From Octopus sinensis (lineage: Eukaryota), in the NCBI RefSeq assembly GCF_006345805.1, contig NW_021830031.1, positions 237,493-301,492 of the forward strand: DNA of 64,000 nucleotides. The letters run 5' to 3'. Positions 36,377 through 49,474 of this stretch are shown here, one piece after another; position 1 is the stretch's first letter, and each line of letters starts with the position of its first letter. The notes under the pieces are model-generated. The model was not told the origin of the DNA, ran no database searches, and saw only the letters and a program-made list of their open reading frames with translations. Made by a program: the position numbers and the translations under genes.

Positions 36377-38029
36377 ATTACCACACCCCTAGATGTTGAG
36401 AAGAATTGAGTTACCTTTTAACTGTTATTTCTCCCAAGTCTGTCCTGACTCACAGCAGTTGATTCTGCAAGTGTTGCAGAATAAACTTCATTGTTAAATC
36501 ACACTGACTCCCCCCCCACCACGACCACCACATAGGGTCCTGGATTTGGCTGTAGCCAATAACTCACTATGGTCAACTAGGGACTGTTACGTCACAGGGT
36601 GATTCTCGAAGTTCAAAGTCTATGGGATCACACAGAAATAGAAAAGGGGCTGTTGCCTTGTAGATTGGATTGCAGAGCATGAAAGGGTCAAGGAACCAAC
36701 CCCAACAGAAAAAGGGGTTGCTGAAGGACTTGCTGCACCTTTAGTGTATTGTCTGCAAATTGACAAAATGAATAGATGTAGGCATGTAATCGACTTTATC
36801 CCTTTGTCTGTCCTTGTTTAGCCCCTTGTGGGCAATAAAGAAATAAGAATCTGAATGCTTAAGGGTTAAATTACATTATTATTTCTTTCTGTTTCTGTCA
36901 TTTTTGCAAGTTACTTGGTGACTGTGCTGGTGCCATGTAAAATGCATCTAGTTTACACTGTGAAGTGGTTGGCATTTGGAAGGGCATTCAGCTGTAAAAC
37001 CATGCGGAAACTGACCTAGCTTGTGCTGGTGTCATGTAAAAAAGCCCTCAGTTCACTTTGTGGGGTGGTTGGTGTTAGGAAGGGCATCCATCCGTAAGAT
37101 CCATGCCAAAACAGACACAGTAGCCTGGGGTACTCTTCAACTGTCCAACCCATGCCAGGTGAACTTTAAACGATGAGATGATGATGACTGCTGTGTATGT
37201 AGAGAGCTTTCGTGAGTTCCGTAAGGTGTTATGGTGACTCAAAAAGTAAAAATCAGACATCTGGAAAATTCAGTTATCCAACAAACATCCAGTCCTTGTG
37301 GTACCAAGAAAGAGGTAGTTGATTTCTTAACTACCCACAAGGGGCTAAACACAGAGGGGACAAACAAGGACAGACAAAGGGATTAAGTCGATTACATCGA
37401 CCCCAGTACGCAACTGGTACTTAATTTATCGACCCCGGAAGGATGAAAGGCAAAGTCGACCTCAGCGGAATTTGAACTCGGAACGTAACAACAGACGAAA
37501 TACGGCTACGCATTTCGCCCGGCGTGCTAACGTTTCTGCCAGCTCGCCACCTTATGAAAGAGGTAGTTTACTATGTAAACACCTAGGGTACATCTTTCTT
37601 TGTTGTTGATCCCAGGTCATCCTTGATAGTGCAGAGATTCCAGCTTTGGCCATCCTGCCTTTGGATATACATATATCACATGACTAGCAATAATGCCTGT
37701 TATATAATTCCTCCCTTCTGCTAATATCAGGTTATTGTTTGACTGTAGTCAGGTAAAATCAGTGGTGGTTAAACATTTCCTTGTTTTCTTTTGCTGGGGT
37801 CTATAGAAAAGAGAGACTGCAAGTGAGAGGTGTAGATTGTTCAGCTCATTGGAGTGGATATTATAATTAGTGAAATTGGGTTAGCTTGTTGTCACCATTG
37901 TCCCATATTGCTATGTTTAGTCAGCATAATGTTGTATGAAGGTAAGAGATAAGGCAGGTAGTCGTAAGTCCTAATTTAAATTTCATTGAACCTCTTCAGT
38001 AGACTTTGTACCTCTGTCATAGCAAATTG

Positions 38030-38069
<40 letters not shown>

Positions 38070-38374
38070 GATTGCAGCATGGAAGGTGTTTATAAGCCAT
38101 TTAAGAAACACACCAAATCTGTTAGATTCACTTCAACATATAAATTTAATTTGTCGAAATATTTTCGTTGCTTTGAGACCGTGACCTGTTCACTGACAAA
38201 ATTCTGTGCTGCATAATGTATACACACACACACACACAGATGTGTGTGTATGCGTGTGTGTATATATGTGTGTATGTGTATATATGTGTGTGTATGTATA
38301 TATATATATATGTGTATGTGTGTGTATGTATGTACATGTGTGTGTATGCATATGCCTGTGTTTGTATGTCACTG

Positions 38375-38407
<33 letters not shown>

Positions 38408-38939
38408 GTATATTTATATATTTTTATATATGCAAAAACATATATTCAAGAGTGTGTGTGTTTGAAAAGGTTTAACGAAAGCTCTCACACACTAGAAAAA
38501 AATGCTTCTTCCCCCACCCAAAGGTTAGTAACATCCTCATTTTCATAAGATTAAAAAAAAATATTTTGTTTTTTAGAAAAATCACCTTTACACTTCAAAA
38601 ACTATTAAATAATCCTGATAGACTTTCAAATATATATTTATATATATAAGGAAAAAAAGAAAATGGAGATAAAATTGATAATTGATAAACATCAATTATC
38701 ATTTATTGATTATGGAATGGTTTTTTTTTCCTTAAATATAGATAAACTTTGGTTTATTGTTTTCCTTACCTATCGTTTATGAGTATCAATACTAATACTC
38801 ATAAAATCACATAAAAGGGTAAGACACCAGTTAATTTATTGGATACAAGTATCCCTTAGATGGTTGTTATAACCTCTAATTTAACTCACCCTTATTTACA
38901 CACACACACACACACACATATGCATATATTTATACACAC

Positions 38940-38997
<58 letters not shown>

Positions 38998-39135
38998 GCA
39001 TACACACATATATATATACATACATACACACACATATATACATATATATATGTATACACACACATACACACACAAACACATACATACATACATACATACA
39101 CACACATATACACACACACACACACATATATATAT

Positions 39136-39169
<34 letters not shown>

Positions 39170-39179
39170 ACACACATAA

Positions 39180-39252
<73 letters not shown>

Positions 39253-40360
39253 GCAAAGGCATGTCTGTGTTAAGAAAATAATTTTGTAATTTCTAGTACC
39301 GATCACCCTGGGCAAGTATCTTCTATCCAAAGCCTTGCGAGTAGAATTGATTGGTGAAAACTAAAAGAATCCCATCATATACGTATATCCTATCTTATTT
39401 TCAGACATTGTGTGTCAAAAACCATCTTGTCTTATTTTCCGTCATGGTGTATCTGGGTCATAATGTATCCAGTGTGTTCTTTCTTTGGTTTTTAATGATA
39501 ATAAACTTAGTCTTGGTTGAAGGTGGTTTACTGTTATTTCTAGTAGTTTCAGCAACCAGCTAATGGCTCCCTTAATGGTTTATGTGCAGCTATTACCAAC
39601 GTTAGGTTCCTGTAAATGTAACTTGACACAAGCTCACCTCCTCCAATGCCTACTCCCCTCTCAAACGACCCTTGTCTTGCAAAGTGCAGGTGCTGTGTAT
39701 AAAAAGCATCCAGTCCACAATCTGAAGTGGTTGGTGTTTGGAAGGGCATCCAACTGTAAAAGCCAAGCCAAAACTGACCTCACCTGTGTTGGTGCCACTT
39801 AAAAATCACTCAGTCCACACTGTAATTTTCTTCAAACTTGGCATGAAGGAAGGAAAGACTATTTGGTTTCTCAAGAAGTTATTTTTTTTTTTGCCTTAAC
39901 TTCGTTTAACAAAACTCAAAATTTTATTGAAATAAAGGCATGCTTAATTATTTTTTAATGAAAAGAAAACACTGATTGCTTTATGTTCAGCAGATATGAT
40001 TCAGCACCGTCCATTGGATGGGGGGGGGGCGTTTTGCTCGTGTATATATATATAATTTAGAGACAAACCGCTATTTAGTTATTCTATCAATATATGTAAA
40101 AACTTATACATACACACACACACACACTCTCTTTCTGAATGGGATGTCAATCCTTTACAGGATTACTAATTTCTACAATTGAGTTAACTGGAATGGTGTG
40201 AGATAAAGTGTCTTGCTGAAGAAGACAATGCGTTGCCTGGGCCATATATCGAAACCATGATGTTACGATCATGAGTCTAACACCCTAACCACTAACCCAC
40301 ACGTCTCCGCTCTCTCTTCATTAACTCACCTGAATCTCTTAACGATATTGTTTCTTGAAG

Positions 40361-40442
40361 GTTGCAGAATCTGTGAGCAAAGTAAAAGGTGTTGGAAAAG
40401 TTCTAGTTGCCGAAAATGAATCCTTCAGTGGTTTCTTACCAG
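40361..40442 (+). CDS. ETFA: ETFA exon 3
   Basis: gaag|VAESVSKVKGVGKVLVAENESFSGFLP(E)|gtaagt; 82 nt. Confidence 0.95.
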
Positions 40443-40479
40443 GTAAGTGTGTTTGGACCTTACATACTTTGGAGTTTGG

Positions 40480-40830
40480 AGGGGTGGGGAGTACTTAATA
40501 ACGAGATGGGGGGTACTTAGTAATGAGGCGGGGGTACTTGATAATGAGGTGAGGATGCTTATTTATGAGATGGGGCTAGTTAATAATGTGATGGGAGTAC
40601 TTAATAATGAGGTGGGGGTACTTGATAATGAGGCGGAGATGCTTAGTAATGAGATAGGGGGTAGTTAATAATGTGATGGGAGTACTTAATGAGGTGGGGG
40701 GTACTTAGTAATGAGGTGGGGGTACTTGATAATGAGGTGGGAATGCTTATTTATGAGATGGGGCTAGTTAATAATGTGATGGGAGTACTTAATAACGAGG
40801 TGGGGGTACTTAATAATGATGCGGAGATGA
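40480..40830 (+). repeat. ~21-bp G-rich minisatellite (GGTACTTAATAATGAGGTGGG-like)
   Basis: About 16 degenerate units directly after the exon 3 donor. Confidence 0.9.
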
Positions 40831-41168
40831 TCATCCTAACTTTTTTTTTTATTTAGGCATAATATACACTCTGTAAAGTAGTTGATGTTTGGAAAGGTAT
40901 TTAGTTGTAGAAACCCTACCAAAACGGACATGAAATTACATCATGGTTCTCCAGCTCTTTGGCGTCTGTCAAATCACCCAACTCATGCCAGCATGGAGAC
41001 AGGCTACTAAATGATGATGACAAGATGTGCATGTGGGTGTAGATATTCTGTGACAATATATCTGACTGACAACTGCAAGGATGAAAAAAATGAATGTTAA
41101 AATGAGGATGATGAATGATACACACACACAGACACAGTTATAATTTTTATCTTTCACTTTCTTTCCAG

Positions 41169-41251
41169 AATCCCTGACTCCATTGATAGTTAACCTGCAG
41201 AATCAGTTCAAATTTAGTCATGTTTTGGCCGGTGCCACAGCTATTGGGAAA
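41169..41251 (+). CDS. ETFA: ETFA exon 4
   Basis: ttccag|(E)SLTPLIVNLQNQFKFSHVLAGATAIGK|gtaagt; 83 nt. Confidence 0.95.
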
Positions 41252-41369
41252 GTAAGTTCAACATTCCAGTTTTGCTACAGTTTATATCAGATGTTTCACT
41301 TGATCCCCACTCTATTTTATTCTTTATTGTTAAAGTTGTCTACTGTTTCATTACTTCATGTTTTGAGAA

Positions 41370-41800
41370 AAAGAAATATCATAAGAAGTATCATTGAAAC
41401 TATTTGAAATTGAAGTCGGTCAATATTGTGTTGTCAGAACTCAAATGGACAAAGCTGAAACACCTGCATGCAATTACCGAAATTAAAGCACCTTCCTACT
41501 ATAAGGATTGTGCCTCTCTAAGGTAGCGGTCTATAAAACAGCTTCCCACACAATCTAATTGTATTCCAAGATACTACACATGACTTACAACAAATACTTT
41601 CAGGAAAAGGTTTGTCCAGCACATGCATACCTTCCGCATCAGGGTAAACAAAAAATTCTGTTTCTTTATACTGTTTTATCTTGCAATTCTGAGTCCCAAT
41701 ATAACCTGGAAAATTCTTGACAACCCCTTCCTATTCATCCAAAGTGCACAGTTCTGACCATTTTTCTCATTAAGAAACTAGAAATATTATTATAATAGTT
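41370..41800 (+). mobile_element. Decayed Penelope-like element, GIY-YIG endonuclease region
   Basis: ACNYRN*STFLL*GLCLSKVAVYK..RYYT*LTTNTFRKRFVQHMHTFR..ITWKIL resembles the CNC..CPL.G.C..VVY..YIG.T..FK.R..H..SFR signature. Confidence 0.6.
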
Positions 41801-42441
41801 AGATATACCTATTGATAAAACTGCTCAGTCATTCTGGTGCCACTAGCAGAGCTCCCTACTGGCTAACTTTAAACTGCTAGCTTTTAATGCTATATCATTA
41901 GTTGTTTTACTCTACATGTATCAATGGATCACTTGTTTCTTTTATATGATATCTGAACTGTCTTCTGACTTCCTACAACAGAACTATATCCAAGTTATTA
42001 GCTGTTAATACAATTCATGTACTTTTGCTGATACCTCCAAAAATTTTACTCTCAATGCTGTAATTTTTAAACAGAACAAGGGAGACCACTTCTTCACACT
42101 GTTCATTAGTTGCCAGCCACTGATCCTGTGACTAACCAGTAGCAGTCCTCTTCAGCACTCAGCAGTCAATTGCAACTACCATCTGCTAGCAGCTGACACC
42201 AGTAGATAGCTATCACCTTTACCATGTGAGCCAAACCAGCCAATGAAAAGCTCTTAACTCCTCATCTAATGACAGCTAGTCTTACCTAGAAGCTTTGAAA
42301 GCCTTGTTACTTAGAAACAGGTGTTGGAAAAAAGATAAGGAGTGTTTTCCTCACTTCTGTGAAACTTTAAAGTGATTAGCCTCGAGCTGACCAAAGCCTT
42401 GTGAATGTATTTGGGAGACGGAAACTGAAAGAAGCCCATCT

Positions 42442-42484
<43 letters not shown>

Positions 42485-42740
42485 TGTATGCATATGTATG
42501 TATGCATGCGTGTGTGCACACACACTTGTGTGTCTGTGTTTGTCCCTTCTACCATCGCTTGACAACCAATGTTGGTGTGTTTCTGTCCCCGTAATTTAGC
42601 GGCTCAGCAAAAGAGCCCAATACAATAAGTACTAGGCTTACAAAGTATAAGTCCTGGGGTTGATTAGTTTGACTAAAGGTGGTACTCCAGCATGGCCACA
42701 GTCAAATGACTGAAACAAGTGAAAGAATAAATGAATAAGC

Positions 42741-42776
<36 letters not shown>

Positions 42777-42959
42777 ATATGTATATATATATTACTAACA
42801 CGTAAAAAGCACCATCTGAATGTGGCTGATGCCAGTACCTCCTGACTGGCCCCCGTGCTGGTGGCACGTATAAAGCATTATCTGAACGTGATTCATACCA
42901 GGCCTGCCTGACTGGCACCTATGCCAGCGGCACATAAAAAGCACCCACTACACCCTCAG

Positions 42960-43105
42960 AGTGGTTGGCTTTAGGAAGGGCATCAAGCTGTAGAAACATT
43001 GCCAGATCAGATTGGAGCCTGGTGCAGCCGCTGGCTCTCCACACCTCAGTCAAACCGTCCAATCCATTCCAGCATGGAAAACGGACGTTAAACAATGATG
43101 ATGAT
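42960..43105 (+). mobile_element. SINE/LINE 3' tail family D ending in (GAT)n (also 46420-46580 minus, 51352-51510, 37070-37190, 40880-41020)
   Basis: Recurrent ttaggaagggcatccagctgtagaaac..ccgtccaacccatgccagcatggaaa.cggacgttaaacgatgatg. Confidence 0.65.
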
Positions 43106-43427
43106 ATATATATTTGTGTGTATGCATGCATGTGTGTCATTGTCTCAACATCGCATAATCAAGTGTCACTATCGTGTTAGCAGTGGCCTTCATTTCCAAT
43201 ATTCTGAGATATGGCTGGCCATGGGGAAATATCACCTTACTAGGAAACAAGTGAGGGCTGGTGACGCGAAGGGCAATCAGCTGTAGAAAGATTACTACCT
43301 CAACAAATTCTGTCCTGCCTAAGCAAGCATGCTAAAATAGACATTAAAACAATGCTAACCAAAACCATCTACACACACACATATACACACATTAATATAG
43401 ATACTTATGTTTACCCTTATCTTTCAG

Positions 43428-43527
43428 AACCTGTTACCCCGAGTTGCTGCTAAACTTGATATTTCACCAGTTAGTGATATCATAGGTATTAAATCAGAAG
43501 ATACATTCGTACGCACTATTTATGCTG
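43428..43527 (+). CDS. ETFA: ETFA exon 5
   Basis: tttcag|[33 protein letters not shown](G)|gtaagt; 100 nt. Confidence 0.97.
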
Positions 43528-44739
43528 GTAAGTGAATTCTCTCCACCGCATCGACTTACTTATTGCTTTCCGATCGACCCTCAATATATATTGGACTTGC
43601 TCATCATATCCATTATCGTTTATCCACAATGTCTTCTATAGTTTACACATATTATGCTTTGTGGGTTTCTCCCAAGTTTTTCATTAGGATTTTGCCAATA
43701 ATATCAGTTGTGCTTTACCCATATTACATATACGGCGGCGACTGGCAGAAATGTTAACATGCCGGGCAAAATGCTTAGCGGTATTTCGTCTGCCGTTACG
43801 TTCGGAGTTCAAATTCCGCCGAGGTCGACTTTGCCTCTCATCCTTTCGGGGTCGATAAATTAAGTACCAGTTGTGCACTGGGGTCGATGTAATCGACTTA
43901 ATCCCTTTGTTTGTCCTTGTTTGTCCCCTCTGTGTTTAGCCCCTTGTGGGCAATAAAGAAATAAAAATATATTGTGGTTTAGCTCTTTAGATTTTAAGCT
44001 GGCTAAGTCTGGTCCAAGTGTTTTACCTGTTTGATGTTTTTATTGACCGAGTATTTTGCCTGTTTGACTGTCCAGATCTGGCCTCTTCCATCTAGTTTCC
44101 TATGTTGTTCTAGCAACGTCTTAAACGATCACATCATTGAAATATTGCAGCCATAAGATAATGTGTTATTAGTTCAAAACAATGTGAATAAATAAGCATT
44201 CCATTTGACAGAGTAGTCTGAATGATAAATAGTTAACACATCTTTGCCGGCTTTATTATTAGTTCTGGCGTTTCTCATTTGGAATTTGTGAGAAACTTCA
44301 GTCACTCACGCACACACGCATATATATAATCATAAGAAACTCACTCGTACACACAAACACAACCACAGACATGTACACACACACACACACAAACACACTT
44401 ACACAAATGAACACAGGCATGCACACAGAGTGAGATACATGGACACACAAAGACACACGCACACACACCATTATTCATATTACTTGTGCTGGAAGGCAAC
44501 GAGCTGGTAGAATTGTTTGTCTGCTGGGCAAAAACGCTTAGCAGCATTATTATGTCTGTCTTCACGTTATGAGTTCAATTTCCACCGAGGTCGACTCTGC
44601 CTTTCATCCTTTCAGCGTCGATAAAATAATTACTTGTTGGACACTGGAGGAGGGTCGATGTAATCCACTTACGACTTCCCCCCCTAATTGCTGGCCTTGT
44701 ATCAAGATTTAAAACCAATATTACTTGTACTGTATTATT

Positions 44740-45162
44740 GGATCTTTTCAGTTTGAACGGCAGTTTTTTCTAGCGGTGTCATATGAAATTGTCACCCATA
44801 ATTATGACCCTAGAATCGATCTATTGCATTTCAATCTCTTTTAGGGTTAGGGTTAGGGGTGGGGGAAGGGTATCTTTTTTTCTTCACAAATGTAAATAAA
44901 CCCAATCTGTTTCTTAAACGAGGGACATATTCATACAGCACAGAATGTTTTTTTTTTTTCCTCAATAGACGTCATTGATTGGTTAAAATTACAGAAATTG
45001 AAGAAAAAACACCAACAAATATCTTACAAACTATAGAATTTTCTCAATAAAGCCAAGAGAAAAAGATGTTTTATAAACACATTCTACCAGTATACGAAGT
45101 TTAAAATCTTTTAGTTACGTTGAAATTATTTTAAAAAACTGCCGTTCAAACCGAAAAGATCC
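44740..45162. mobile_element. MITE with 29-bp TIRs and internal TTAGGG repeats
   Basis: GGATCTTTTCAGTTTGAACGGCAGTTTTT ... AAAAACTGCCGTTCAAACCGAAAAGATCC (one mismatch). Confidence 0.85.
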
Positions 45163-46178
45163 GTTTTGTCTTAAATACATGCTGCCGAAATTGGGGCCTG
45201 TCTAATATACCCATGTGTCTTTTACGCAATCAAATACAGTATTTAATATTACCTTCAGAATAAGGAGTGGGGAAATATGGAGTCCAACGACTCATGTCAA
45301 CAAGAAAGCTGATCAGTGCACAAGGGAGACAACTCTGGAATTAATTTTTTTTTTAATATTCGAATAAGGCATGCAGTGAAACGACGATCGCATTAGTTTG
45401 AAAACTCTAGGACTGATATTTATTATATAGGATCTTTGAGGATGTGTAAGCGCGTAGCCTTGTGGTTAGGGTGTTGTACTCACGATAGTCAAATCTTGGG
45501 TTCGATTCCTGGACTGGATGGCGTGTTGTGTTCTTGAGCAAAAGACTTCATTTTACATTGCTCTAGTGCTGTGTGGGAACTGACAGGTCAAAGAGTAAAC
45601 TCAACGTTTCCTCTGGGTGTCGTCAAAGGCGACTAAAAGATGTTGAGGCAGGATTTGCACTCCGACCTCGTAAAGCCCTCACCAGCAATGACTACCGAAA
45701 CAAACCCATGGAGGGTTGTTGCTTGAATGGTGCACAGATCGCATCTGACATTAGTAGGGAATCAGTGATGTGTTGTTACAACTCATGCCCCGAGCCTATA
45801 ACTACTTCTTCGACAGTCACAGGGGTGACAACACAAGTCATGTTTCAGGCTTATAAGACCTCCTCAGTGAAGCATAAATTTTGTGTAATACATGTTACAA
45901 TTTAATGATAAAGCATCACAATATATATGTACATGACATATAGATCAGAAGACATGATAACTTAATGACAGAGAGAGAGAGAGAGAGAGAAATTACCAAA
46001 GGTCCCCATCTGCATAAAACACAACAGTTAAGTGTTACCATAATTAATGAGCTAACAAATTTCAAAATATACACCTGTGCTCACTTTCATGCTCTGTGTT
46101 TGTTGATTGCTTGAATACTTACTCAAGTCATCTCCCACTCTAATTACTTTTTATCTCTCCTGATATTTCTATTTACAG

Positions 46179-46289
46179 GTAATGCCATCCAAACAGTACA
46201 GGTGACTGAGAGTGTAAAGGTGGTTACTGTACGAGGTACTTCTTTCGACCCGGCTTCTACAGATGGTTCTGGTGCTGCTATTGAAAATG
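46179..46289 (+). CDS. ETFA: ETFA exon 6
   Basis: ttacag|(G)NAIQTVQVTESVKVVTVRGTSFDPASTDGSGAAIEN|gtatgt; 111 nt. Confidence 0.95.
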
Positions 46290-47051
46290 GTATGTGTGTG
46301 TGTGTATATGTATATATGTTATATTTAAAGTTTAGGTAGGAGACTAAGGTGTAGTAGCCAAACCTATGGGTTTGTCCCTTGTGTATGTATATATATATAT
46401 CATCATCATCATCATATATATCATCATCATCATCATCGTTTAACGTCCGTTTTCCATGTTGGCATGGGTTGGATGGTTCGACTGGGGTTTGGGAAACCAG
46501 GAAGCTGCACCAGGCTCCAGTCTGATCTGGCAGTGTTTCTACAGTTGGATGCCCTTCCTAACGCCAACCACTCTTAGAGTGTAGTGGGTATTTTTATGTG
46601 CTGCCGGCACAGGGGCCAGAGGGGGCTGGTAACGACCACAATCGGTTGGTGCTTTTTACGTGCCAATGGCGTAAGGGCCAGAGGGGGCTGGCAACAACCA
46701 CAGTCGGTTGGTGCTTTTTATGTGCCACCAGCATGGAAGCTTGTTGAGGCAGCGCTGGCATCAGCCACATTTGGACGGTGCTTTTTACATGCCACTGGAG
46801 ATCACAACTACAATTTCCATTTGATTTTGGTTTTGATGTACTTGACTCAATAGGTCTCTTCATGCATGGCATGTCACCCTCTCTCTCTCTCTCTTTCACT
46901 TTCTTTCTTACTCTCTCTTTCACTATTCCTCTCTCTTTCACGCTCTCTCACTCTCTCTTTCTCTCTCTCTCTCTCTTTCACTCTTTCTGTCTCTGTCTGT
47001 CTGTCCCCCGCCTCTCTAAATATTTATTTATCATGTTTTTTTCTTTTCCAG

Positions 47052-47156
47052 TTCCTGATGCCACTGTTGAGAACTCTGTTTCCAAATTTCAAGGCCAACA
47101 ACTGTCAAAAAGTGACCGGCCTGAGCTGTCCAGTGCCAGTATTGTTATATCTGGAG
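47052..47156 (+). CDS. ETFA: ETFA exon 7
   Basis: ttccag|(V)PDATVENSVSKFQGQQLSKSDRPELSSASIVISG(G)|gtcagt; 105 nt. Confidence 0.95.
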
Positions 47157-48463
47157 GTCAGTACCTATTTCCGTCAGATTCACACCGGTCGAGTCATTGA
47201 CTGAACCTCTAGCAGATTGCACCACCTGATCTATTAGAAATAACCAAACCACCGTCAAATCACTTCCTACTGGCACAAAATGAAGTCAACTTTACCTGTC
47301 ATTCCTTTTGGGGGTCAATAAAATAAGTTGAGGACTGGGGTTGATGTAACCCCAGTGCAGTCCTATCAGTCATACACTGGTTTCAGCAAACCTAAGAGCT
47401 TGTTGAAACTAGTGTGAGTGATAAAACTGAGGAGGAGTATTTTCCTCGTCAGCTTAAGACCTCGTTGACTTTTACAAGAGTGTTCTCTCTAAATCAGGTA
47501 ATAACAGGTAAGAGAAAGCACTAATCCTAGGTAGCCTTGATCTGTGGGATCTCTTTATTAAATCTTGGTAAATCTCTTCTTATTTTTTTGGACATTCACA
47601 AGCATGTCTCAAAGCGGCAAGCTGGCAGAAACGTTAGCACGCTAGGCGAAATGCTTAGCAGTATTTCATCTGCCGCTATGTTCTGAGTTCAAATTCTGCG
47701 TTCAAATTCTGCCAAGGTCGACTTTGCCTTTCATCCTTTCGGGGTTGATTAAATAAGTACCAGTCACTCACTGGGGTCGATATAATTGACTTAATCTGTT
47801 TGTCTGTCCTTGTTTGTCCCCTCTGTGTATAGCCCCCTGTGGGCAATAAAGAAATAGGAAACGTTAGCATGCCGGGCGAAATGCTTAGCGGTATTTTATC
47901 TGTTGCTATGTTCTGAGTTCAAATTCTGCTGAGGTCAACTTTACCTTTCATCCTTTTGGGGTTGATGAATTAAGTACCAGTTGTGTACTGGGTCGATCTA
48001 ACCTCCCCCCAAATTTCAGGCCTTGTGCCTAGAGTAGAAAAGATTATGTACATGACCGTAAATCTCACATTGGAGTCTGTTTCCATAGCAACAAGCAATG
48101 CTGTAATCTGTTCTGTTTTCATTGTTATGCGGATGTTGTATGTGCATTACTGTAATACTTACACCACTGCAACCACCACCACTTCAACTACCACCACTTC
48201 AACCACCACCACCACCACCACCACCACTACCACTGCAACCACCACCAGTTTTGATGAGTAATTTTTGACAGACAGCTATCATGCAGCAAATGCCAATTTT
48301 CAATTCCTGTTCTTTGATCAGCTAAAATTTATCATAATTTGAACCTCTTACGTTTCCCTAAATTTTTTTTTCTGGAGTAAATGATTGTGTTAGCAACCAA
48401 AAAGATCCATGTTTACCAATGAAAGAGCTTAATACAAGTCATAGTTAAATTTATGATTTTTTT

Positions 48464-48679
48464 GAGGAGTTTGCTGAAAAGTTCCTGGCTTTAAGGGCAT
48501 CACAAAAGGCCTGGTTCGAGGCCCAACCTTCTGAGTTCTTTTATATGGCTTAGAAAAACCGAAGGATCGCTGCAGTAAGCATGTGAATCTGAGAGGAGAA
48601 TATGTTGAATAAAACCATAATTAACTGATCCTCCTGTATTTTCTTTTACCCAAAGCCACGATCTTCCCAGCATCCCCTC
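48464..48679. mobile_element. Mariner-like MITE (inverted copy 50289-50501)
   Basis: TIRs gaggagtttgctgaaaagttcctggcttt / aaagccacgatcttcccagcatcccctc. Confidence 0.65.
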
Positions 48680-48738
48680 ATATATATATACAGACAGGCA
48701 CACACACAATATATACATACATATTACATATACATATA

Positions 48739-49211
48739 CCGTAAATCCTCGAGTATGGTCTGCCCTTGAGTATAATATGCAGGGGATTTTTAGGAGGCTG
48801 TTCCTCTGAAAAACCTAAACATTGTGTATAATACGCACCCCTTCTCTAACTTGAGTCAAGGAGGTCTATATAACGTCCTTTATTATTATTGTATATATAA
48901 CATAATGCAAACGTGTAGCTTTTTTGTGCATTTTTGTTTGCAGAAAATGAAGAAATAACATTTAATAAATGTTGCTTACTGCAAGTTATGGATGATTCTT
49001 TTATGACTTCTTTGCTTTCAGGCTTAGCTTAAGGTATTTTCATGCCCGACATCAGAAAATGCGTCTGAATAAACATTGCCGGACAGCAAATAGAGACTCG
49101 GACATTGCTTAGAAAATAATTTTCATTTGAAACCTCATATATAGTACACACTAGGGATTTTGACCTTTAAATTTTGGGGAAAAAATGCGGATTGTACTCG
49201 AAGATTTATGG
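48739..49211. mobile_element. pogo/Tc1-type MITE
   Basis: TA|CCGTAAATCCTCGAGTA ... TACTCGAAGATTTATGG|TA; TA target duplication. Confidence 0.75.
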
Positions 49212-49322
49212 TATATATGTATATATTGCATGTTTTATACACACAGGTATTATATAGATGTATGCGCCCTCACATAGATTGTTTCCATTTAAATGATTGT
49301 GTGTATGTGTGTTTCTATTCAG

Positions 49323-49474
49323 GACGTGGAATGAAGAGCGGAGACAACTTCAAGCTCCTTTATGATCTTGCTGATAAAATGAATGCAGCTGTTGGTGCAT
49401 CTCGTGCTGCAGTTGATGCTGGTTTTGTCCCTAATGATCTTCAGGTTGGGCAGACAGGCAAGATTGTGGCACCG
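49323..49474 (+). CDS. ETFA: ETFA exon 8
   Basis: attcag|(G)[50 protein letters not shown]|gtaagt; FAD-binding signature; 152 nt. Confidence 0.98.

Noticed and set aside
38150-38205. Hammerhead-like topology on the minus strand
   Set aside because: The core reads GUGAACA rather than CUGANGA; too divergent to call.
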